Positions 29,115-38,202 of a DNA stretch of 64,000 nucleotides are shown here, in pieces. The stretch lies in the NCBI GenBank assembly GCA_945787655.1, contig CALZIJ010000001.1, positions 1,726 through 65,725 of the forward strand, given 5' to 3'. Each line of letters opens with the position of its first letter. Position 1 is the first letter of the stretch. A program made the position numbers and the translations under genes. The stretch comes from Nitrospiria bacterium. Its GTDB lineage: Bacteria; Nitrospirota; Nitrospiria; SBBL01; JAADHI01. The notes under the pieces are model-generated. The model did not search any database, had not been told where the DNA came from, and worked only from the letters and a program-made list of their open reading frames with translations.

Positions 29115-30905
29115 GTGTATTTTCGTTCATTGATTTCAATACTCAGGTTCTTTATTTTATTTGTTAGCCTCTTATTGCCAATAAGCGCAGCCGCCTCACT
29201 TTCCGTCTGGGGCTTTGAAGATCCTGTTGCAGAAAAAAACACTCAAAACGCTGAAAACCCGCCCCTTGCCTCAACCCCTTCTGAAATGCAGCAAGAGTCT
29301 AACGAAATTGGGCCGTCATGGACCGACCTCTCGAAAGAGACAAACCAAGATGAAACATTGCTTGAAGATTTAGAAGAGCATATCGAAAACGAGCCACACA
29401 GCATCACGACATTGCCTCAATTCAATACGCCAGGCCTCACAAATGTTGACCCCAAAGAAGAAATACCAGCTGATCCGACCCCCACTGAGATTGAAGAAGC
29501 CACCCTTTCGGACGAGGCCCCTGAAATTTCTGATGAGGCCCTTTCCGACCTTATTAAGGAAGGCGAAGAAACACCCGCACAAAATGCTTCCTCTGAACCA
29601 GCAGCGCTTGAAATTACCTACGACATGCCAGTGGCGCCGGATAACGAACATGTCAAAAAATATATTTCCCTTTTTCAAAATCGCTTGCGCCCCAATTTTG
29701 AAAAGTGGCTCTCCCGCTCCGGCCGCTACACGGATATGATTCGAACCACGCTTCGTGAAAACAATTTGCCCGAAGACCTGGTTTATCTCGCCCTGATAGA
29801 AAGCGGGTTTAGTCCACACGCCTTGTCAAAATCAAAAGCCAGTGGCGTTTGGCAATTTATGAAAGGGACAGGAAAACGGTACGGCCTTCGAGTCGACCGA
29901 TGGATTGATGAACGTCGTGACCCGGTCAAAGCAACACATGCTGCTGCAAAATATCTGACCGAGCTCTACAATATGTTTGAATCATGGCCCCTCGCTCTTG
30001 CTGGATATAATGCCGGGGAAAGTCGTGTGTACCGAACCATCGTACGTGTGAGAACCCGTGATTTTTGGACTTTGAGAGAGTCAAGGCATTTAAGGCCCGA
30101 AACACGAAATTACGTTCCCAAATTTATGGCCGCAATGATTTTGGCGAAAAACCCCGAACAATACGGCTTTTCCGTGGAATATGATGCCCCCTGGGCATAC
30201 GATGAAGTTGAAATACAAGACTCAACCTATCTCAGCTCCATAGCAAAACACGCCGGAATCTCGGTCAGGGAGCTAAAAAGTTATAATCCGGAGCTGAAGC
30301 AAAACATTACGCCTCCTCGTGCACCCGGATATAAAATCAAGCTTCCTCCCGGAAAAAAGGGAACTTTTTTAGCCAATTACTCCCCTGAAAAAGAAGAGAA
30401 AATTTTCATCGGCCGGAGTTTCAAGCATCGGGTGCGCAGAGGGGAAAACATCTCTTCCATCGCCGCAAAATACGGGGTCAGTACAAAATCGATTTTAGAA
30501 ACCAACAATTTGCACAGCAGAAGCATTATTCGAATCGGACAAAAGATTCTGATTCACGAGAGCCCCAGCCTCGCCGGAAATAAACATCGAATCAGGCGCG
30601 GGGAATCCATTAGTACCATCGCCGCAAAATACCGAGTGTCCATTCGAAAGCTGCTTGAAGCCAATAACCTGCATCGCAGAAGCGTAATCAGAGCGGGTGA
30701 CACACTCATTATTCCAGGATCATTTAAGATAAAACCCACAGCAAATGCAAAAAACCGCACCCCCAAAAGACATAAAATCAGGTCCGGGGAATCGATTAGT
30801 ACCATCGCCCAAAAATATGCAGTGCGTATGAACGACCTGCTCAAAGCCAACCGACTCACACAGAAAAGTGTCATTCAGGTGGGGCATTCCCTTATTATCC
30901 CTTAA
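29115..30905 (+). CDS. mltD: membrane-bound lytic murein transglycosylase D-like (SLT domain plus LysM repeats)
   Basis: The SLT core is LALIESGFSPHALSKSKASGVWQFM...GYNAGE. One divergent LysM is followed by three very similar LysM modules starting near 30426, 30585 and 30771 (H+IR+GESISTIA.KY). The start codon is GTG. Confidence 0.88.
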   Translation: MYFRSLISILRFFILFVSLLLPISAAASLSVWGFEDPVAEKNTQNAENPPLASTPSEMQQESNEIGPSWTDLSKETNQDETLLEDLEEHIENEPHSITTLPQFNTPGLTNVDPKEEIPADPTPTEIEEATLSDEAPEISDEALSDLIKEGEETPAQNASSEPAALEITYDMPVAPDNEHVKKYISLFQNRLRPNFEKWLSRSGRYTDMIRTTLRENNLPEDLVYLALIESGFSPHALSKSKASGVWQFMKGTGKRYGLRVDRWIDERRDPVKATHAAAKYLTELYNMFESWPLALAGYNAGESRVYRTIVRVRTRDFWTLRESRHLRPETRNYVPKFMAAMILAKNPEQYGFSVEYDAPWAYDEVEIQDSTYLSSIAKHAGISVRELKSYNPELKQNITPPRAPGYKIKLPPGKKGTFLANYSPEKEEKIFIGRSFKHRVRRGENISSIAAKYGVSTKSILETNNLHSRSIIRIGQKILIHESPSLAGNKHRIRRGESISTIAAKYRVSIRKLLEANNLHRRSVIRAGDTLIIPGSFKIKPTANAKNRTPKRHKIRSGESISTIAQKYAVRMNDLLKANRLTQKSVIQVGHSLIIP

Positions 30906-31107
30906 TTTATTCCAGCCCCTTCCCCGAAATTGAAGTTTCAAGGCCTTCCATATCGATGACTTGATTTTTTATGACTTGCATCAAAAGCCGCCGCATGGTG
31001 AATGCGTGATGACAGTAATCAAGACACCCCGGTTTTTCAGGGCTTCATCTAATAATTGTGCAGACTTGAATGTATTTTATAAAAAAGAAAACAGGAGGGC
31101 TGAACCC

Positions 31108-31962
31108 TTAATCTGAAATTTCTTCAGGAAGCGGTTCCGTTTTTTCTTCGGAGACGTCTGCATCTGTATTTTCAGACGTTTCCTCTTTAGCCTCGTCGGT
31201 TTCAGTGGTCGATTCTGATGGGCTAAGCAATACAAAGCGCGCTTTTGCCTCAATTCCCCAAGGGCTTTCAATATATTGCGTTGAAAGGGCCTCAAAGAGG
31301 GCTTTGGCTTCATCATGTTTCCCTTGGGATTCGAGTGCGCGCGCCAACTCAAACCCGGCCTGATCTTGTATCTCTACATCGGGAGATTCGTATATTTCTC
31401 TGAATAAATTGATCGCTCCCGAAACATCCCCTTTTTTTTGATAAAGGTAGGCTAACTTCATCTTGGAAAGAACACTCAAACTCCGTTCATTCGGGTATTT
31501 CTCAATAAAAGCCAGGAACCGGGTTTCCGCCTTGTCATTTTGCCCCAGCTTTTCATAGGCGTTCCCGCTTTCATATAAAGCCACAACGGCTGCATTGCTG
31601 TCCGCATGTTCTGTCAATATCTTTTCATATAGCCCCGCTGCCTTTTCCAATCGCTCTGTTTCACTTAAAATGATTTCAATCGGAGCATCCTCCTCCTCTT
31701 CCGAAATCGGTTTGGGCAAAGGCGGAGGTTCATTGAGTAATTTTGAGGCTTCCGACTCAATCGCCCACGCGGCTTCTTCCGCCTGCTGATTAAAATACTG
31801 TACGGTAAACGTCATCACACCCAGCAGGATCACCAGAGCGATGCCGCCCCATACCCATTGTGGATGATTAGAGATCCAGACAAAGAGCCTTTCACTCTTT
31901 GTCACAATTTGAACGGGAGCTGCGGCTTCTTTATTTTTTTGAGGACGAATCTTGTACGGCAT
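31108..31962 (-). CDS. membrane-anchored TPR protein (YfgM-like)
   Basis: A single N-terminal TM segment (WVWGGIALVILLGVMTF) is followed by TPR-like helices and an acidic C-terminal tail. Confidence 0.55.
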   Translation of the reverse strand: MPYKIRPQKNKEAAAPVQIVTKSERLFVWISNHPQWVWGGIALVILLGVMTFTVQYFNQQAEEAAWAIESEASKLLNEPPPLPKPISEEEEDAPIEIILSETERLEKAAGLYEKILTEHADSNAAVVALYESGNAYEKLGQNDKAETRFLAFIEKYPNERSLSVLSKMKLAYLYQKKGDVSGAINLFREIYESPDVEIQDQAGFELARALESQGKHDEAKALFEALSTQYIESPWGIEAKARFVLLSPSESTTETDEAKEETSENTDADVSEEKTEPLPEEISD

Positions 31963-32147
31963 GCACCTTATACCTATTCTTTTCGTTATTGTATCACATC
32001 AGAACGACTGATCTAAAAAAACGCCGTATCCTATTGGATCATCGAATCAAAGTCAAGAAACGGGCGCACGGAAACAACTGAATCCCTTACTGAAACCGGA
32101 TTCTTGAATATGATAAGATAAGAACTCTTTTTAACAGAGCATCGTTC

Positions 32148-32624
32148 ATGACCCCGATAAAAAAAACGGTAGCTGAATCCAGCTCTGAAATGACGCAGCT
32201 TGTGCTGCCCAACGATACCAATATTCTCAAACATTTGCTGGGTGGAACCCTGATGCACTGGATTGATCTCATCGGGGCCATTGTCGCCAACCGGCATTGC
32301 CGGCAACCCATTGTCACCGCCTCAATGGAGCGAATCGATTTTTTAAGACCCATCCCGCTGGGGCATTTGGTTATTTTAAAAGGGCAGATTCAATATGCCG
32401 GCACCACTTCAATGGAAGTCGGGGTCGAGGTTTTTTCCGAAAATACGTTAACGGGAGAACGTTCGCACGCGAGTACAGCGGTCCTGACTTATGTGGCTGT
32501 TGATTTCGAGGGGCGGCCCATACCAGTGCCTGAACTCATTTTATCCACAGATGAAGAAAAAGTCCGTTTCGCAGAGGCGGCCAAAAGAAAAACATCCCGA
32601 ATTACTTCAATGAAACCGCATTAA
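32148..32624 (+). CDS. acyl-CoA thioesterase (hotdog fold, YciA/ACOT type)
   Basis: It contains QLVLPNDTNILKHLLGGTLMHWIDL...TASMERIDFLRPI...TSMEV. Confidence 0.8.
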   Translation: MTPIKKTVAESSSEMTQLVLPNDTNILKHLLGGTLMHWIDLIGAIVANRHCRQPIVTASMERIDFLRPIPLGHLVILKGQIQYAGTTSMEVGVEVFSENTLTGERSHASTAVLTYVAVDFEGRPIPVPELILSTDEEKVRFAEAAKRKTSRITSMKPH

Positions 32625-32658
32625 ATCCACCACATCAATAATAGGGAAGGTCTTTATT

Positions 32659-34134
32659 ATGAATCGTCAAGACAGTCAGCCAAATCAGTTTTTTCTGGAA
32701 AAATATGGACTTTCAAACAACACACTCGAATCCACACTGGGCCGGGCGCTTGGAAAAAAGATCGACTACGCCGATCTTTTTTTTGAATACCAAACCAGTG
32801 AATTTTTAAGCCTGGAAGAAGGGATTGTCAAAAAACTGTCGAAAGACATCTCACAGGGCGTGGGCGTACGCGCCGTTGCCGAAGAAAAGACAGGATACGC
32901 CTACTCCGACGAAATTAACGTAGACCACCTGCTTTCGGCTGCACAAACCGCCCGCTATATTGCGGCTGAAGGCGGGGAGCGTCCTCCCGCGCCGATACAT
33001 ACGCCCTCTCCCCCCGCCTCGAACCTTTATCCCGTGGAAACGGCGCCGATCGACGTTCCCACCTCTGAAAAAATTAATCTTCTCCGTGAAATCGACCAGA
33101 TCGCACGAGCCTACGACCCCCGCATCAAAAAAGTCATGGCCTCTTTCAGCAGTGAGCAGCGGATCACACTGATCGTCACGTCCGATGGACTGGCTGTCGG
33201 CGATGTACAGCCCCTGATGCGTTTGAATGTGGCCTGCATCGCGGAAGAAGGCAGCAACCGACAGTCCGGCTCTTTTGGCGGCGGCGGCCGAAGCGAACTC
33301 GAATTTTTCTTTGAATCGCCGGATTTTGAATCGGGGGACAACAAAAAACGTTACGCACAATACGCGCACGAAGCCGCGCGACAGGCGATTTTAAATCTCT
33401 CCGCCGTAGATGCGCCCGCAGGCGCGACGGAAGTTGTCCTCGGGCCCGGCTGGCCCGGCATTTTGCTGCACGAGGCCATCGGTCATGGCCTGGAGGCCGA
33501 TTTTAACCGCAAAAAAACATCGGCCTTTACGGATAAACTGGGGCAGCGCGTCGCTTCCGATTTGTGCACCATTGTGGACGATGGCACCATTCCCAACCGA
33601 CGCGGTTCTTTAAATTGCGACGATGAAGGCACGCCCACAGGCCGTACCGTGCTCATCGAAAACGGGATTTTAAAAAATTATTTGCAGGACAAATTGAACG
33701 CCAAACTCATGGGCATGCCGCTCACCGGCAACGGTCGGCGCGAAAGTTACGCGCACAGCCCCATGCCGCGCATGACGAATACTTTCATGCTGGCAGGCGA
33801 TTCGACCCGCGATGAAATCCTCCGTTCAGTGAAAAAAGGGATTTACGCCGTGTCCTTCGGCGGCGGACAGGTGGATATCACTTCGGGCAAGTTCGTCTTT
33901 TCGGCCAGCGAAGCCTATCTCGTTGAAAACGGACAAATCGGCGCGCCGGTCAAGGGCGCGACCCTCATCGGCAACGGCCCGGACGTGCTCACGAAGGTCA
34001 CGATGGTGGGCAATGATCTGTCACTCGATTCCGGTATCGGCACCTGCGGGAAAGACGGGCAAAGTGTTCCTGTCGGCGTGGGCCTGCCCACCATTAAAAT
34101 CTCGGAAATGACCGTGGGCGGGACGAGTGGGTGA
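32659..34134 (+). CDS. tldD: metalloprotease TldD
   Basis: The HEAIGHGLEADF zinc motif is present, and the Gly-rich C-terminus is characteristic of the TldD/PmbA family. Confidence 0.92.
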   Translation: MNRQDSQPNQFFLEKYGLSNNTLESTLGRALGKKIDYADLFFEYQTSEFLSLEEGIVKKLSKDISQGVGVRAVAEEKTGYAYSDEINVDHLLSAAQTARYIAAEGGERPPAPIHTPSPPASNLYPVETAPIDVPTSEKINLLREIDQIARAYDPRIKKVMASFSSEQRITLIVTSDGLAVGDVQPLMRLNVACIAEEGSNRQSGSFGGGGRSELEFFFESPDFESGDNKKRYAQYAHEAARQAILNLSAVDAPAGATEVVLGPGWPGILLHEAIGHGLEADFNRKKTSAFTDKLGQRVASDLCTIVDDGTIPNRRGSLNCDDEGTPTGRTVLIENGILKNYLQDKLNAKLMGMPLTGNGRRESYAHSPMPRMTNTFMLAGDSTRDEILRSVKKGIYAVSFGGGQVDITSGKFVFSASEAYLVENGQIGAPVKGATLIGNGPDVLTKVTMVGNDLSLDSGIGTCGKDGQSVPVGVGLPTIKISEMTVGGTSG

Positions 34135-34167
34135 TGGGCGATATAGTCTAAATCCAAGGAAATTATA

Positions 34168-35103
34168 GTGGACAAAAAACATTTTGAACTATTATTACGT
34201 AATACCCCTTTCTCTAGAGCGCTTGTTGTCGAGTTATGGGATGGACTAAGCACTTTTGAGCACATCAACATCCTTATTCAGTTGAACTCTATTACAAAAG
34301 AATTATTTAAAAAGGCATTTAATGATGTGAATTCCGTTGTTCGGATGCTTGCTGTAAAAAGTTTTTACATAGATCAAAGTGAAGAACCTGAACTGTATGA
34401 AAAGATAAAGTCTGACATATCTCCATTTGTTCAAGCTGCTATTAAAGAAAAAAGTCTAGAATCGGATTTTAACAGATTGGGCTTTGAAGAAGAAATAGAA
34501 CAGTTGAGTCAACTTGAAAAACTTGGCGCAGTTGCTCTTTCTGATTCAATTATCGATGAGGAGTTTGCAGACTTCATTGTTAAAGGGATAGAGAATCAAA
34601 TAATATCGGAAGATGAGGCTTCAGAGCTGGTATTTGAGTTTGTTGGAAATCCTAATTGTAAATATGGACTAGAAATAAAGACTCGTGATGGTCTCTTGGC
34701 CTATTCAATACAAAAAGGTTTTGAAAAAATGTGGAATTTAACAACATGCACATCACACAAAGTTCATTACGCCATTGCATGGAGGTATCCCCTGACTACC
34801 GGAAATGGAGGCAAGATACCAAAAGAAATTTTGAACAAAATGGGCAATCAAGTTCTTGAAACTCTGGTATATCGTAACTATCAACCACTTCTGGATTTAA
34901 TAGAAAAGAATCCAAAAAATTTTGACGAAGAAATTCACAAAGCTATAGAAACCAATAGTGATTATTCTACATCTACAAGAATATGCGACCCTTTTAGAGG
35001 TAATGATATGGATCTACTCCGAGTAGAACTTCTTCGTGTAAAAGAAGAAATCAATGATCGTATCGATGCCTTGACTCAACAACTAAGGGATTCTGGTTCA
35101 TAA
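34168..35103 (+). CDS. orphan hypothetical protein (311 aa) in an AT-rich insert between tldD and pmbA
   Basis: The ORF is long, has a GTG start and an AAGGA RBS. It appears helical and acidic with a C-terminal coiled-coil-like segment. Composition contrasts sharply with both flanks. Confidence 0.6.
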   Translation: MDKKHFELLLRNTPFSRALVVELWDGLSTFEHINILIQLNSITKELFKKAFNDVNSVVRMLAVKSFYIDQSEEPELYEKIKSDISPFVQAAIKEKSLESDFNRLGFEEEIEQLSQLEKLGAVALSDSIIDEEFADFIVKGIENQIISEDEASELVFEFVGNPNCKYGLEIKTRDGLLAYSIQKGFEKMWNLTTCTSHKVHYAIAWRYPLTTGNGGKIPKEILNKMGNQVLETLVYRNYQPLLDLIEKNPKNFDEEIHKAIETNSDYSTSTRICDPFRGNDMDLLRVELLRVKEEINDRIDALTQQLRDSGS

Positions 35104-35224
35104 AGTCGTCATTCATCAATATGGAAAAAACAAGCATGACTTAGAAAACCATAGGCATGAATAGATTAAAACCAAATAAACAGAAATTAGAAGGACAACC
35201 CTTTATAAGTTTAAGGACAAACAC

Positions 35225-36571
35225 ATGCAATTTCAAATCGAACAAGCCAAAAATTTACTGAAATCCGCAAAGGAAAAGGGGGCAACGGAAGGCGACGTGC
35301 TGGTGGTCGAAGGGGACTCCTTTTCGACACAGGTACGTTTGGATGATGTTGAAAATATCAGCAGTGCACGCGGGAAGAGCCTGGGGCTTCGGCTCTTTTT
35401 CGGGAAGCGTTCGGCCATCACCTCCACGTCGGATCTCTCACCGGCCTCACTTGAACGACTGGTCGCGGATACCTGCACATTGGCAAAAATCGCTGAAGAA
35501 GATGAATTTTCAGGTCTGCCCGCGGCGGAAGCCTGCGCCAACACTTTTCCCGAACTGGACCTGGTGGATCACGAAATCGGCAAATTGTCCATCGATGAAA
35601 AAATCGCAATGGCCCGCGACACGGAACGCGCCGCACTTCAGGAAGACCCCCGTCTGAATAATTCCGAAGGTGCGGACTTCAGCCATTCTTACAATGAAGT
35701 CCTGTATGCGGCGAGCAATGGATTTTCCGGGACAAACCGGGGCTCCGGGATATCGCTCTCCGTCTCGCCGATCGCCTCGGAAAACGGCCATATGCAGCGG
35801 GATTACTGGTACAGCTCCAAACGCAAATTAGGCCAGTTGGCCTCTCCGGAATCGATCGGAAAAAAAGCCGCGCATCGCACCCTTCGTCGGCTGGGCGCGC
35901 AAAAAATAAAAACACAACAGGCCCCGGTGATTTTTGAAGCAGATATTGCCTCATCACTCCTGGGCCATTTGGCCTCTGCGCTTTCCGGCTATGCGCTGTA
36001 TAAAAAAGCTTCTTTTCTGACCGATCAACTGGACCAACGCATCGCTTCAGAAAACATCACGGTCTATGACGACCCCACACTGCCTTTTGGTTTCGGCTCA
36101 CGGCCTTTTGACGGCGAGGGTTTGCCCTCCTATCAAAAAATGATTGTTGAAAACGGGATTCTCAAAAGCTATTTACTCGATACCTATTCCGGGAAAAAGC
36201 TGGGGCTGCCATCCACAGGCAACGCTGTCCGGGAGACCGGGGGCGGACCCAGCGTCGGGGTGTCCAATTTCCATTTGATGCCGGGTACGGTGTCTCCAGA
36301 GGAAATCATCGCCTCCGTGCATTCCGGGCTGCTGGTGACTGAATTAATCGGGTTTGGTGTCAATCTGATCACGGGTGACTATTCGCGCGGCGCAGCAGGT
36401 ATCTGGATTGAAAATGGTGAATTGGCTTATCCGGTCGAGGAGTTGACCATTGCCGGCAACCTCAAGGAGATGTTTCAACAGATCGAACTCCTAGGCAATG
36501 ATGCCGATCTCAGCGATAAAATTGCCGCGCCCACCCTCAAAATTTCAAGCATGATGATTGCGGGAAATTAA
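35225..36571 (+). CDS. pmbA: metalloprotease PmbA (TldE)
   Basis: It shows the TldD/PmbA family pattern without an HExxH motif, and the C-terminus reads PTLKISSMMIAG. Confidence 0.9.
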   Translation: MQFQIEQAKNLLKSAKEKGATEGDVLVVEGDSFSTQVRLDDVENISSARGKSLGLRLFFGKRSAITSTSDLSPASLERLVADTCTLAKIAEEDEFSGLPAAEACANTFPELDLVDHEIGKLSIDEKIAMARDTERAALQEDPRLNNSEGADFSHSYNEVLYAASNGFSGTNRGSGISLSVSPIASENGHMQRDYWYSSKRKLGQLASPESIGKKAAHRTLRRLGAQKIKTQQAPVIFEADIASSLLGHLASALSGYALYKKASFLTDQLDQRIASENITVYDDPTLPFGFGSRPFDGEGLPSYQKMIVENGILKSYLLDTYSGKKLGLPSTGNAVRETGGGPSVGVSNFHLMPGTVSPEEIIASVHSGLLVTELIGFGVNLITGDYSRGAAGIWIENGELAYPVEELTIAGNLKEMFQQIELLGNDADLSDKIAAPTLKISSMMIAGN

Positions 36572-36596
36572 CACCCCCGCAATCATCATGCTTTTT
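36548..36596 (+). terminator. rho-independent terminator overlapping the pmbA 3' end
   Basis: A perfect 17-bp stem forms between AGCATGATGATTGCGGG (36548-36564) and CCCGCAATCATCATGCT (36576-36592), followed by TTTTT. Confidence 0.8.
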
Positions 36597-36788
36597 CAAG
36601 TCCTGATCATTGAACCCGCCACTTGAGATAAAAATTTCTCTATAAGTTCACATCATTAAAAAATTAGGTTAAACTTTCTATTGCGTTTTGGATCTTAAGT
36701 GGGCTAAATTGGAGGCGATTTTTTTAAATGCCATATCAGGAAGGGGTAAACCCTTGTTCAACTCAATACACATCAAAAAGCGGCCTTT

Positions 36789-38183
36789 ATGACACCTGAA
36801 AAACCCAAGTTTTGGAAAAGTCCACCTTTCCTTTTATCAACGCTCCTGGTGATCATTTCCTATGCGGCATTTTGGCTGCTTTCTCCACCCAGTCAGGCCT
36901 CTCAAAATACTCCCGGCATGGTGTCTTCCTCATCCGCGCAGGAGACAGAAAATCAACCTCATTCCGTTGAAACCTTACCCGAAAATGCCGGGAAAAGTGA
37001 TCAAAAGGTCGAGGATCATTTTTCCAGCACATCCGATCTGACGGTCCCGGCAACACCTGTCGCCCTCGCCCCGCCAGCTATTGTGAAGACCCATCAGCTC
37101 AAAAGGGGAGATTCTCTGGCTTTGGTGCTTTCACGGCTGGGCGTTTCGGATCAGGAGATTTATGAAATAACAACGGCCTCAAAAACGGTCTACAACTTGA
37201 AAAAAATCCATCCGGGTCAAATGATTGAGATCACATTTGATGAAACGGAAGAGCAAGTGACCCGGTTTTCATATGAAATCGACCCCTTTAATGATTTGGA
37301 AGTTGAACACAACGAAGGACAGTTTAAGGCATCCAAAAAAACCATGCCCCTTGAGAAGGGGATCGAACGACGGGCCGGAACAATCACAGACACACTTTAC
37401 GAATCTGCACACCGGCTGGGCGTGCCGCCAGAAGTGATCCTGGATCTCTCTGATATTTTTGCCTGGGACGTGGATTTTGCCCTGGACATTCGCAAAGGGG
37501 ATCATTTTAATCTTGTCTATGAAGTGTACAAAAATGCCGGAAACACCGTCCGCACCGGCCGGGTGCTTGCGGCGGAAATGCATAATCGAGGCAAAACCCT
37601 CCAGGCTTTTTATTTTAAACCGGAAGGCGGGCGGGCGGATTATTATGATGAAAACGGGCGCTCACTCAGAAAAGCCTTTTTAAAATCCCCTTTACGCTAT
37701 CGTTACATCAGTTCGGGTTATGCGACGCGACGACTGCATCCGGTCTTGAAAGTAAACCGGCCGCACCTGGGCATTGATTTCGCTGCAAAACGCGGAACAC
37801 CCGTTCGGGCCGCCGGAGACGGCGTTGTTAGTTTTGCCGGCTGGCATGGCGGATATGGAAAAACCGTCATTATCCGTCATAAAAATGGTTATAAAACGCT
37901 TTACGGTCATCTTTCCTCTTTTTTTAAAGGCATCAAAAAAGGGAAAAAGGTAAAGCAGGAAGATTTTATCGGACGCGTCGGTTCCACCGGATTAAGTACC
38001 GGACCCCATTTGCACTACACCCTGTACAAAAAGGGGAAAGCCATCAACCCGAGAAAAGCCGATGTTTTACGGGGTGCGCCTCTGGCGGAAAAATGGCGTA
38101 CGCTCTTTTCAGACCAGGTTGCTCTAATGAATCAATATCTTTTCCCCACCCCCGATTTACTCGCAAACACCGATTCTTTATAA
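36789..38183 (+). CDS. M23 family peptidoglycan DD-metalloendopeptidase
   Basis: An N-terminal TM segment is followed by HLGIDFAAKRGTPVRAAGDG and GSTGLSTGPHLHY. Confidence 0.88.
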   Translation: MTPEKPKFWKSPPFLLSTLLVIISYAAFWLLSPPSQASQNTPGMVSSSSAQETENQPHSVETLPENAGKSDQKVEDHFSSTSDLTVPATPVALAPPAIVKTHQLKRGDSLALVLSRLGVSDQEIYEITTASKTVYNLKKIHPGQMIEITFDETEEQVTRFSYEIDPFNDLEVEHNEGQFKASKKTMPLEKGIERRAGTITDTLYESAHRLGVPPEVILDLSDIFAWDVDFALDIRKGDHFNLVYEVYKNAGNTVRTGRVLAAEMHNRGKTLQAFYFKPEGGRADYYDENGRSLRKAFLKSPLRYRYISSGYATRRLHPVLKVNRPHLGIDFAAKRGTPVRAAGDGVVSFAGWHGGYGKTVIIRHKNGYKTLYGHLSSFFKGIKKGKKVKQEDFIGRVGSTGLSTGPHLHYTLYKKGKAINPRKADVLRGAPLAEKWRTLFSDQVALMNQYLFPTPDLLANTDSL

Positions 38184-38202
38184 TTCTTAATCAGAGAAAG
38201 CA

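Noticed and set aside
30426-30902. Three highly similar ~130-nt DNA repeats at the mltD 3' end
   Set aside because: They are explained by three consecutive LysM domains (H+IR+GESISTIA.KY...), an ordinary feature of MltD-type transglycosylases rather than a non-coding repeat.
36617-36706. Imperfect long-range inverted repeat CCACTTGAGAT / ATCTTAAGTGG upstream of the M23 peptidase gene
   Set aside because: The arms are only 11 nt with one mismatch and are separated by ~70 nt of AT-rich promoter-like sequence. This is within chance expectation.
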